From IMG/VR virus record IMGVR_UViG_3300008266_010073: a DNA stretch of 64,000 nucleotides; one strand, written 5' to 3'. The first letter of the stretch is position 1. Each line of letters begins with the position of its first letter. The position numbers and the translations under genes are program-made. This document shows, in pieces, positions 10,926 through 19,758 of this stretch. The stretch comes from an uncultured virus (IMG/VR IMGVR_UViG_3300008266_010073). Its lineage: Duplodnaviria > Heunggongvirae > Uroviricota > Caudoviricetes. The notes under the pieces are model-generated. The model saw nothing but the letters and a program-made list of their open reading frames with translations. It did not search any database and was not told the DNA's origin.

Positions 10926-11253
10926 AAAATATTGGTTACTAATAGTAGCAGCTATTGGTGCTATTTTTGCAGCATTCGTAATGTTTTCTAGTAAACGACG
11001 AGAAACGAAACTAGATAAATTACAAGATCAAATACAAGACAATAACGAACAAATTGCTGAAGCAGAAGGACGTATTGAACAAATTCAAGAACAACGTGAA
11101 CAAGTAGCAGAAAAAATTAAACAAACCGAAACGGAGATTGAAGATTTAAAACAACAAGTTACAGAAATTCAACCAGAAGAACGTACGGTTGAAAATGCAA
11201 AACAAAACATTTTAAATAAAACACGTCGAGGTAGAAAACCTAAAAAATCATGA
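10912..11253 (+). CDS. N-terminally membrane-anchored coiled-coil protein (i-spanin-like architecture)
   Basis: TM WLLIVAAIGAIFAAFVMF followed by Q/E/K coiled coil; AAGGAG SD at 10899-10904. Confidence 0.55.
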   Translation: MKFIKKYWLLIVAAIGAIFAAFVMFSSKRRETKLDKLQDQIQDNNEQIAEAEGRIEQIQEQREQVAEKIKQTETEIEDLKQQVTEIQPEERTVENAKQNILNKTRRGRKPKKS

Positions 11254-11624
11254 AAAAGTTATTATTGATATTGTTGTTTCCTGTTATAAGTTACTCACAA
11301 ACAGATACATGTTTTACTCCAGATGAAATTTTGGATATATCATTTACAATAGATTCATTATATGAATTAGATTCATTGAATAAACTAATTATAGAACGAC
11401 AAGACAAATTAATAGGTCAATTGAAAACTACAGTAAGATTAGATTCATTGGAAATGGCATATCGAACTAAACAAGTAGATTTGCTTAAAAACAATGTAGA
11501 TTTATATATAGAACGAGAAAAATATTTAAAACCACGTTGGTACGATCACAAAGCAATTTGGTTTACTGCTGGAATATTAACTTCCGTATTTACTACTAAA
11601 CTAGTTATTGAATTAACAAAATAA
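11250..11624 (+). CDS. Exported coiled-coil protein with signal peptide and C-terminal hydrophobic segment (possible lysis/spanin partner)
   Basis: MKKLLLILLFPVISYS|Q signal peptide; C-term AIWFTAGILTSVF; ATGA overlap with upstream gene. Confidence 0.5.
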   Translation: MKKLLLILLFPVISYSQTDTCFTPDEILDISFTIDSLYELDSLNKLIIERQDKLIGQLKTTVRLDSLEMAYRTKQVDLLKNNVDLYIEREKYLKPRWYDHKAIWFTAGILTSVFTTKLVIELTK

Positions 11625-11628
11625 ATTT

Positions 11629-13209
11629 ATGTCTCAGCCGAACATAAAGCAAATAATACAGCAACAGTACATGCAATGTGCTAAAGATCCTGTATTTTTT
11701 ATGCGTAACTATTGTTACATTCAACATCCTAAACGTGGTAAAATTAAATTTAATCTATTTCCATTTCAAGAAGATTCATTAACAGAACTACGAGATAATA
11801 GATACAATGTTATTCTCAAGTCTCGTCAGTTGGGTATATCAACTCTTTCAGCAGGATTTGCTCTATGGAGCATGTTGTTTGCAGAAGATTTTAACGTACT
11901 TGTTATTGCAACAACACAAGAAGTAGCAAAAAACTTAGTTACTAAAGTACGTGTAATGCACGATAATTTACCAAGTTGGTTAAAAGGAACAGTTGAAGCT
12001 GACAATAAATTATCACTTAAATTTAAAAATGGTTCACAAATCAAAGCAGTATCATCTGCAACCACCGGTGCACGTTCAGAAGCATTATCACTGCTAATTG
12101 TGGATGAGGCAGCATTTATACGTAATATTGAAGAAATATGGATAGCATCACAAGCAACACTATCAACGGGTGGTGGTGCAATTGTATTATCAACTCCAAA
12201 TGGTGTTGGTAATTGGTTTCATCAAACATGGGCAGATGCGGAAGCTGGAATAAATGGATTTCATACAATTAAATTGCATTGGACCGTACATCCAGAACGA
12301 GACCAGGCCTGGCGTGATGAACAAACACAATTATTAGGGGAACGAGGTGCGGCACAAGAATGCGATTGTGACTTCGTCAGTTCTGGTCATACTGTAGTAG
12401 ATGGTCCATTGTTGCTTGAATATGACATTAAAACAGAAGATCCGATTGAAAGACGCGGATTTGATGGAAATTATTGGATATGGGAATATCCAGACTACGC
12501 AAAAGATTACACAGTAGTAGCTGACGTTGCACGAGGTGATGGGGGAGATTATTCTACATTTCAAATATTTGATGTTGAATCAGTACGACAAGTTGCAGAA
12601 TATAAAGGTAAAATTGCACCAAATGATTTTGGTAATATGCTTGTAACGGTTGCAACAGAATGGAATAATGCTTTACTAGCAATTGAAAATGCTAATATTG
12701 GTTGGGCTGCAATTCAACCGGCATTAGATCGAGGTTATCAAAATCTACATTATACATATAAAGATGACGGATATACAGATGCATCGGTTCAATTGAAAAA
12801 AGGCTATGATATGAAAGATAAGAGCCAAATGGTTCCTGGAGTATCAACTACTAGTAGAACACGCCCATTAATGATATCAGCATTAGAAATGTATATGCGA
12901 GAACGAACTCCCGTAATACGAAGTAAACGTCTTATACAAGAATTACTAGTATTTGTTTGGTTGAACGGCAAAGCACAGGCACAACAAGGATATAATGACG
13001 ACCTTGTAATGTCATTTGCTATTACACTTTGGTTACGTGATACCGCTTTAAAACTTCGTCAACAAGGAATTGATTTAAATAAACGTGCTTTATCTCAGTT
13101 TACAAAAACAAGTGAAGTTATATATACCGGCAAAAATACTCAACAAAACAACGGATGGAATTGGAATCCAGGTGACGGAGATCAAGATTTAACTTGGTTG
13201 ATACGTTAA
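11629..13209 (+). CDS. terL: Terminase large subunit (T4 gp17-like)
   Basis: LKSRQLGIST Walker A, LIVDEAAF Walker B, STPNG coupling motif, nuclease ADVARG and NDDLVMS. Confidence 0.95.
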   Translation: MSQPNIKQIIQQQYMQCAKDPVFFMRNYCYIQHPKRGKIKFNLFPFQEDSLTELRDNRYNVILKSRQLGISTLSAGFALWSMLFAEDFNVLVIATTQEVAKNLVTKVRVMHDNLPSWLKGTVEADNKLSLKFKNGSQIKAVSSATTGARSEALSLLIVDEAAFIRNIEEIWIASQATLSTGGGAIVLSTPNGVGNWFHQTWADAEAGINGFHTIKLHWTVHPERDQAWRDEQTQLLGERGAAQECDCDFVSSGHTVVDGPLLLEYDIKTEDPIERRGFDGNYWIWEYPDYAKDYTVVADVARGDGGDYSTFQIFDVESVRQVAEYKGKIAPNDFGNMLVTVATEWNNALLAIENANIGWAAIQPALDRGYQNLHYTYKDDGYTDASVQLKKGYDMKDKSQMVPGVSTTSRTRPLMISALEMYMRERTPVIRSKRLIQELLVFVWLNGKAQAQQGYNDDLVMSFAITLWLRDTALKLRQQGIDLNKRALSQFTKTSEVIYTGKNTQQNNGWNWNPGDGDQDLTWLIR

Positions 13210-13257
13210 AAACTTGCATGGTTCTAAACATGGTTATATTTATATTAAAAAAGAAAT

Positions 13258-15090
13258 ATGGCGTCATTAAGAAAACGTTTACAAAATCTTTTTAGTACTA
13301 ACGTAGTTGTACGTGCGTATGGAAAAGACAAACTACGAGTAGTAGATACCAATCGTTTACAAGGTGTTGGAAATTTAGCTCAAAGCAAAGTCGCGGACCG
13401 ATATATGCGTCTGCATGGTGCTAATAAACATCGTGTAGGAGGTATGGGTGGATATGATTCTAACTATTATATGCATCAAAATCGTATGCAGCTTTATGCT
13501 GATTATGAAATGATGGATAAAGATCCAATTATATCTGCGGCATTAGATATTTATTCAGATGAATCTACATTAGCAGATCAGTTTGGAGAAATACTTACTA
13601 TTAAAACTAACAACACTCGCATACAAAAAATTCTATACAATTTATTTTATGATGTTTTAAATGTAGAATTTAATCTGTGGACATGGATTCGAAACATGAC
13701 CAAATATGGTGATTTCTTTTTAAAATTAGATATTGCTGAAGAAATAGGAATTATCAATGCACGTCCTTTTTCTAGTTATGAAATGGAGCGATGGGAAGAA
13801 TATAATCAGGCTACTGGCGAATATGAAATAAAATTTAAAAATGTTGCTGCAGAACAAATGACATATGATACATTTGAGATTGCACATTTCCGTATGTTAT
13901 CCGATTCTAACTTTTTACCGTACGGTAGATCCATGTTAGAAGGAGCTCGTAAAGAATTTCAAAAATTAATGATGATGGAAGATGCAATGTTAATACATCG
14001 TATCATGAGAGCTCCGGAAAAACGTATTTTTAAAATTGATATTGGTAATATTCCTCCTAATGAAGTTGATACTTTCATGGAACAAATTATCAATAAGATG
14101 AAAAAAATTCCACATATTGATCCACAAACTGGAAATTACAATTTAAGATTTAATCTTAATAACATGATGGAAGATTATTACTTACCAGTTCGTGGAGGTC
14201 AATCATCTACTACAATTGATACATTGCCCGGAATGACTTTTACGGGTATGGATGATATTGAATATATCAAAGATAAAATGATGGCCGCTCTTAAAATTCC
14301 TAAACCATTTTTAGGTTATGGTGAGTCACAAGAAGGCAAAGTTAACTTAGCATCAATTGATATTCGATTTGCTAGAACTATTGAACGCATACAAAAAATT
14401 GTAGTATCAGAATTAGTAAAAGTTGCTATTGTACATTTATATGCACAAGGCTTTGAAGGAGAAGATTTAGTTGGATTTGAGTTAGAATTAACAGCTCCTT
14501 CTATTATTTATGACCAACAAAAAGTTGCGTTAATGAATGAAAAAATTACATTAGCAAACGCAATGAAAGATAGCAAATTAGTTTCAGATCGATACATTTA
14601 TGAGTTTATATTCAATATGTCCGAAGATCAATGGTTGCAAGAACGCAATGATGTCTTAGAAGATCTTAAACTTAGATTCCGTCAAAATCAAATTGAACAA
14701 GAAGGTAATGACCCTGCTGTAACGGGAGTATCATTTGGAACACCACACGATTTAGCAACGGTACATATGTCAAGCAAAGAAGTTGAAGAAAAAGATCAAG
14801 GAGGTCGTCCACCTGAAGGAATAAAATCAGGACAGCATCGTAATGAGTTTGGATGGGATCCTACAGGGACAAAACAAGTTAGGCAAACTTTTAATCCAGA
14901 ACAAAGAAAAACAACGTATCAACCTGATCCAAATTTCAAATCAAAATTATCAGTAACGCGTACAGAAAGCATTGTAAAAGGTATGAAGTCAGGTAAATCT
15001 GGAGTAAGTATTATTACAGAAACATTTAAGAAATCTACAGAAACAGATTTAGACGCAGGCACAATGCTAGATGAAAACAATATTTTATAA
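13258..15090 (+). CDS. Portal protein (T4 gp20-like)
   Basis: YGRSMLE, MEDAMLIHRIMRAPEKRIFKIDIGN, EDYYLPVRG, IDTLPG motifs; follows terL. Confidence 0.95.
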   Translation: MASLRKRLQNLFSTNVVVRAYGKDKLRVVDTNRLQGVGNLAQSKVADRYMRLHGANKHRVGGMGGYDSNYYMHQNRMQLYADYEMMDKDPIISAALDIYSDESTLADQFGEILTIKTNNTRIQKILYNLFYDVLNVEFNLWTWIRNMTKYGDFFLKLDIAEEIGIINARPFSSYEMERWEEYNQATGEYEIKFKNVAAEQMTYDTFEIAHFRMLSDSNFLPYGRSMLEGARKEFQKLMMMEDAMLIHRIMRAPEKRIFKIDIGNIPPNEVDTFMEQIINKMKKIPHIDPQTGNYNLRFNLNNMMEDYYLPVRGGQSSTTIDTLPGMTFTGMDDIEYIKDKMMAALKIPKPFLGYGESQEGKVNLASIDIRFARTIERIQKIVVSELVKVAIVHLYAQGFEGEDLVGFELELTAPSIIYDQQKVALMNEKITLANAMKDSKLVSDRYIYEFIFNMSEDQWLQERNDVLEDLKLRFRQNQIEQEGNDPAVTGVSFGTPHDLATVHMSSKEVEEKDQGGRPPEGIKSGQHRNEFGWDPTGTKQVRQTFNPEQRKTTYQPDPNFKSKLSVTRTESIVKGMKSGKSGVSIITETFKKSTETDLDAGTMLDENNIL

Positions 15091-15132
15091 TTACAACCAT
15101 ATTTATATAAAAATTAAGGCGCCGAATAACAA

Positions 15133-15981
15133 ATGAAGAAATTAAAACATTCAAAATATAAAAACACTGGTATTTTATTTGAAATGTTGGTTAGAAAATT
15201 AACTTCGGAAACATTATCATCTAATAAATCAGTAACAATTGATATTATTAAAAAATATTTCGGACGTAATACTGAATTGTCAAAGGAATTGCAACTATAC
15301 AATGCACTACTTAAAGAACAATTTCGAAGTGAAGCTCAGGCATTAGATTACATACGTACGGTTAAAGCAGCACATGCAAAACTAAATCAATCTGTTTTAA
15401 AAAGACAAAGATATAACTTAGTTAAAGAAATATCAGATCGATTTATATTTGCAAACATGTCAAAAATGCATATTAGCAATTACAAAGTATTGGCTTCTAT
15501 CAACATGATTTTTGAACATGAAGAAACAGATAATCCAAAACAATTGTTAGAATGCAAACGTGCTATTATTGAAAACTCACTTATAGTTGAACGTGTTAAA
15601 CCTACAAAAGATGCTGTTCTAGAAAAATTTGAATCACAACCAAAAGAAATGCGTTTGTTAACGTATAAACTACTTGTTGATAAATTTAATGAAAAATATT
15701 CTGGATTAGATGAATCACAAAAACAACTATTAAATAAATACATTACACACGTTAATGACACAGCAACATTGCGAGAGTATGTACATACCATAATACCAAA
15801 TATTAAACGCGAACTTGCAGAACTTGCAAAACCGGTAGATGACAAAGTTATTAAGATAAAAGTACAAAAACTTTCTGAAATGTTGTGCAATGTTGAAAAT
15901 TTAAAAACGATAAAAGAATCACACGTTTTATCGTTGCTAAGATATTATGATTTAATTCGTGAATTGAAAGAAGTTAAATAA
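15133..15981 (+). CDS. Head-module hypothetical protein (alpha-helical)
   Basis: 282 aa ORF between portal and protease; late motif 15098-15107. Confidence 0.7.
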   Translation: MKKLKHSKYKNTGILFEMLVRKLTSETLSSNKSVTIDIIKKYFGRNTELSKELQLYNALLKEQFRSEAQALDYIRTVKAAHAKLNQSVLKRQRYNLVKEISDRFIFANMSKMHISNYKVLASINMIFEHEETDNPKQLLECKRAIIENSLIVERVKPTKDAVLEKFESQPKEMRLLTYKLLVDKFNEKYSGLDESQKQLLNKYITHVNDTATLREYVHTIIPNIKRELAELAKPVDDKVIKIKVQKLSEMLCNVENLKTIKESHVLSLLRYYDLIRELKEVK

Positions 15982-16691
15982 TGAAATCATTTTTGCGTGA
16001 AATAGAAGATAAATTTGTTGAATTAGAAAATCATTGCGATGATTGTGGTCAACCAAAAGATCAATGCAAATGTGATGAAGAAATTGATGAACAAAATGTT
16101 ACTGGTGCTATTGCCGGATATAATACACCGAATGCTTTTCGTAAAAAAGTAAAACGAGTAGGATATGCATCTGGTGTAGAAGAATCAGTTAATACTCCTC
16201 CAAATTATTCTTTAAAGGATGATTATCATCACCAAAGACCAGAATCAGAAGAAGAAGAATATATGGCAAAATTTCCATTTTCAATGAATGAATCAGATTG
16301 GCAACATGATGAATATAAATATCCTTCTGTAGATAATACTAAAGGACATGGTACCGCTACTAAAAAACATAAAACATTGAAAGTGGGAAACCCACATACA
16401 TTAAAAGTAGAAGAAGTTCTAGAACGTAAATATGAACAATTAATTGAGGGATATCGTGATTTTGTAACGGGTGATAAAGATACATCCCCAGAACAAAAAG
16501 TTAAAAAGACTATTCAAGAAATTGCTAAAAAACTTCATGAAATTGAAACTATGGTAAATTACAATACCAGATTAAAAACTGAAGCAGGAGTAACTAGCTC
16601 AGCATATGGACCTAGCACCACAAAGGCACTACAAAAAATTTCAGAAAAATTAATCAAAATATCAGAACGAGTAAGATCATTAGGGGAATAA
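15981..16691 (+). CDS. Hypothetical head-module protein (possible prohead core/internal protein)
   Basis: TAATG coupling; several (I/L/V)xE sites (IDE, VEE, LIE); GYNTPNAF motif. Confidence 0.6.
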   Translation: MKSFLREIEDKFVELENHCDDCGQPKDQCKCDEEIDEQNVTGAIAGYNTPNAFRKKVKRVGYASGVEESVNTPPNYSLKDDYHHQRPESEEEEYMAKFPFSMNESDWQHDEYKYPSVDNTKGHGTATKKHKTLKVGNPHTLKVEEVLERKYEQLIEGYRDFVTGDKDTSPEQKVKKTIQEIAKKLHEIETMVNYNTRLKTEAGVTSSAYGPSTTKALQKISEKLIKISERVRSLGE

Positions 16692-16692
16692 T

Positions 16693-17319
16693 ATGTCAAA
16701 ACAACTTATAGTAGAATATATGCCATTTCGACCTGTTGGTTCTTTAACGGAATCAAATGGTTCTGCATATGGAATACCGGGTGGTTTTGTAGTGCAAGGA
16801 GTTTTACAAAGAGCAGGAGCTAAAAACCAAAACGGACGAGTATATCCTAAACATATATTGCAAAGAGAATGTCAACGTTATCAGCGTGAATATATTGATC
16901 AGCATAGAGCATTAGGCGAGTTAGATCATCCAGAATCATCTGTAGTTAACTTGAACAATGTATCACATAACGTTTTAAAAATATGGTGGAATGGTGATGA
17001 TTTACTTGGAACGGTTCAAGTATTAGATACACCTTCGGGAAAAATCCTTAAAGAATTATTTCGTGCAGGAATTACTTTGGGAATATCATCACGTGGTTTG
17101 GGATCTGTAAAAGAACTACGTAATGAAGGCACTGTAGAAGTACAAGAAGATTTTGAATTAATTTGTTGGGACTTTGTATCAAATCCATCGACACATGGAG
17201 CTTTTATGCGACCAACACGAATGAATGAATCAGTAAATAAAACAACGACAAATAAATACGCAAGAGTACATGATGCAATTACATCTATACTCTGTGAAGA
17301 TGGAAAATGTAGGATATAA
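16693..17319 (+). CDS. Prohead protease (T4 gp21-like, peptidase U9)
   Basis: NQNGRVYP, ALGELDHP, GISSRGLGS, WDFVSNPST motifs. Confidence 0.95.
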   Translation: MSKQLIVEYMPFRPVGSLTESNGSAYGIPGGFVVQGVLQRAGAKNQNGRVYPKHILQRECQRYQREYIDQHRALGELDHPESSVVNLNNVSHNVLKIWWNGDDLLGTVQVLDTPSGKILKELFRAGITLGISSRGLGSVKELRNEGTVEVQEDFELICWDFVSNPSTHGAFMRPTRMNESVNKTTTNKYARVHDAITSILCEDGKCRI

Positions 17320-17320
17320 T

Positions 17321-17698
17321 ATGAAAACGCCAAATTTAAAGTTTATATTGGAAACAATATTAGAAGACAAACCACAACCAATGTCTAGAGAAGAAAAACA
17401 ACAATTCGTACAAGAAGTTGCCAATTTTTCTGCTATGGGAGAATCAGTTTATGGTAAAGGTGACTTGGAAGAAATTGTTGAACGCGTTAAACGTATTGTA
17501 GAACGTGCAGAAAGAATAATGACTGAAAGTGATGATTGGGCATCTAATCAAGCACATAAAAAATATTTTAAACGAGTAAGTGAAGATTATAGAGATTTTG
17601 AAAATGCAGCTCGCGAAGTGAATGAAGCACAACACAGAATGGCATTGGCATATGAAAGTATCGGTCAAGGACTTAATAAATATTTTGATGTAAATTAA
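17321..17698 (+). CDS. Hypothetical helical head-module protein
   Basis: Start at ATG 17321 directly after protease stop (ORF-track start 17270 overlaps protease). Confidence 0.65.
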   Translation: MKTPNLKFILETILEDKPQPMSREEKQQFVQEVANFSAMGESVYGKGDLEEIVERVKRIVERAERIMTESDDWASNQAHKKYFKRVSEDYRDFENAAREVNEAQHRMALAYESIGQGLNKYFDVN

Positions 17699-17738
17699 TT
17701 TGGATAGAATACATAATTTACTTATATTAAGGTATAAA

Positions 17739-18245
17739 ATGAATAAACTTAAAAAATTATATCGAGACTTTTTTGGTTTAACGGAACAATCAACTCCAAC
17801 ATCTAAACATCCGGTAGTTCCTGGATTAGATCCAAAAGATACGGTAAATTTAGCAAACTATAACAAAGAACTACAAAAGACTCAAGCTTTAATGAAAGGC
17901 ATGACTTCTGAAGAAATAGATGAAGCTCAATTAGTTAATAACATAACCGATTATCGAGGTGGTGTTGAATATGTACTTAGAGATCCTGCAGAGGCAAAAG
18001 CTGTAGCACAAGAAATACGTGAATGGGCTGAGCGTAAAGGATTTACCGTAGTTAAACATACTATATCTCCTACCGGTAAAGTTGGTTATTTTTATTTTAG
18101 ATTAGGGCAAGATCCTGCAAGAGAATCGCAACGCATACAAGGATACATTGCACAAAAACCAGAAATCAAACATTTTCGATTCAATGTACGTGGTGAGAAA
18201 AAAATGCCACAACGTACAACACCACAAGCTCCAGAAAATATTTAA
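17739..18245 (+). CDS. Hypothetical protein
   Basis: Start ATG 17739 downstream of TTGGAT-N17-TATATT promoter-like motif. Confidence 0.65.
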   Translation: MNKLKKLYRDFFGLTEQSTPTSKHPVVPGLDPKDTVNLANYNKELQKTQALMKGMTSEEIDEAQLVNNITDYRGGVEYVLRDPAEAKAVAQEIREWAERKGFTVVKHTISPTGKVGYFYFRLGQDPARESQRIQGYIAQKPEIKHFRFNVRGEKKMPQRTTPQAPENI

Positions 18246-18254
18246 ACACAATAT

Positions 18255-18500
18255 ATGAGTAAAAAACAAAAACAACATCAAATGATTGTTCCTGGCAATT
18301 CATTAGCAGTACATGTACCAGGAAGTAGTAGAGAAGATTTAGCAGCTGCACTTAAAACATGGAAACGCAAAGTAAAGCAATCAGGTGTATTAGAAACAAT
18401 TAAAGCACACAAAGAATACATCAAGCCTAGCGTAGTTAAACGGCAAGAACATTCTAAAGCTTCTTATTTACAATACATACGAGATATGCATTCTAAATAA
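18255..18500 (+). CDS. rpsU: Phage-encoded 30S ribosomal protein bS21
   Basis: DLAAALKTWKRKVKQSGVL..HKEYIKPSVVKR matches the S21 family pattern (ALKxxKRK..G....E.Y.KPS..R); C-terminal KASYLQYIRD resembles Bacteroidota bS21. Confidence 0.88.
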   Translation: MSKKQKQHQMIVPGNSLAVHVPGSSREDLAAALKTWKRKVKQSGVLETIKAHKEYIKPSVVKRQEHSKASYLQYIRDMHSK

Positions 18501-18513
18501 AAAAAAATTAATT

Positions 18514-18546
18514 AAAGCCCTTTCTGTAAAAAGTTAGGGCTTTTTT
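18514..18546 (+). terminator. Intrinsic terminator after rpsU
   Basis: AAAGCCCT..AGGGCTTT stem followed by T-run. Confidence 0.75.
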
Positions 18547-18684
18547 ACTGTTTTTTCAAACTGTGTCATATATATTAAAGAATACGCTATTCAATCTTTA
18601 TATAGCGTCTATACCAAATAAAATATTCTATTAAGATTTCGAATAATCTTATTTCCAAAAAAAAAAATTTAGGGGAAAACAATT

Positions 18685-19731
18685 ATGGCAAAATCAGATT
18701 TGCTAAAACAAGCAATCGCCGACGCAAATGCTGTTAAAGAAACTGCATTAGCAAACGCAAAAATTGCTCTGCAAGAAGCTTTTGCTCCTCGTCTAGAAAG
18801 AATGTTAGCTACAAAACTAACAAATGAAATCGAAGGCGAAGAAGAAGAAATAGATGCTGCAGCTGACACTATGGGTGTTGATGCTGATGCTGATATGGGA
18901 GCTGATATGGGAGCTGAAGGCGGAGAAGAAGACTTTACTTGGACTGATGATTCATTGTCAGCAACAGTAGGCGGTCAAGATTATGATTTTCAAGTCGGAA
19001 TGGCTGGTGGAGATGAAGAAGATCTAGGAGGTGAAGAACTTCCAGGCGAAGAAGCTCCAATTTCAGATGAAGACGCGAATGCAGAGTACAATGAAGGTTA
19101 TGGTCATGATGATGAAGATCTAGAATTAGAATCTATCATCCGCGAATTGGAAGCAGGAATGCCTGAAGAAATGGAAGAGGAAGAAGATGATCTAATGCCA
19201 GAGGGAATGCATCATGATGATGACAAAGAATTAGAAGAAGGCGAAGATGAAGAGTTAGATGAATCAATCGACGAAATTATTGAAGCTATTCTTCGTGAAG
19301 ATGACATGGATGCTGAAGAAGAAGTAGGAGTACCTGCAGGAACTGATGGCGAAGTTGAAACAATGAAAGAAGAGCTTGAAGAAGCTTATCGAACAGTTAA
19401 AAAACTTACTAGCATCATCAACGAAGTTAATCTTCTTAATGCAAAACTTCTTTACACAAACAAATTGTTCCGCAATTTTGAGTTGAATGAAGGTCAAAAA
19501 ATGAAAGTAATTGAAAACTTTGATCGTGCAGGAAACACTAGAGAAGTAAAATTAGTATTTACAACGTTAGCTGAATCATTCAAACGTCCAGCAACTAAGA
19601 AAAGAGTAGTTAAAGAGTCGTATGCATCTAAACCAGTTGCAACCACAGCTCCTAAAAAAGAAACAACTCAAGTATTGTCTGAAGGATTTGAGTTAGCTAA
19701 CAGATGGAAAAAATTAGCAGGATTGCTATAA
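18685..19731 (+). CDS. Prohead scaffold/core protein (T4 gp22-like position)
   Basis: Highly acidic middle, helical ends, many (L/I)xE sites, immediately upstream of major capsid gene. Confidence 0.8.
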   Translation: MAKSDLLKQAIADANAVKETALANAKIALQEAFAPRLERMLATKLTNEIEGEEEEIDAAADTMGVDADADMGADMGAEGGEEDFTWTDDSLSATVGGQDYDFQVGMAGGDEEDLGGEELPGEEAPISDEDANAEYNEGYGHDDEDLELESIIRELEAGMPEEMEEEEDDLMPEGMHHDDDKELEEGEDEELDESIDEIIEAILREDDMDAEEEVGVPAGTDGEVETMKEELEEAYRTVKKLTSIINEVNLLNAKLLYTNKLFRNFELNEGQKMKVIENFDRAGNTREVKLVFTTLAESFKRPATKKRVVKESYASKPVATTAPKKETTQVLSEGFELANRWKKLAGLL

Positions 19732-19758
19732 CATTAAAAAAGAAAAGGAAAAAACAAA

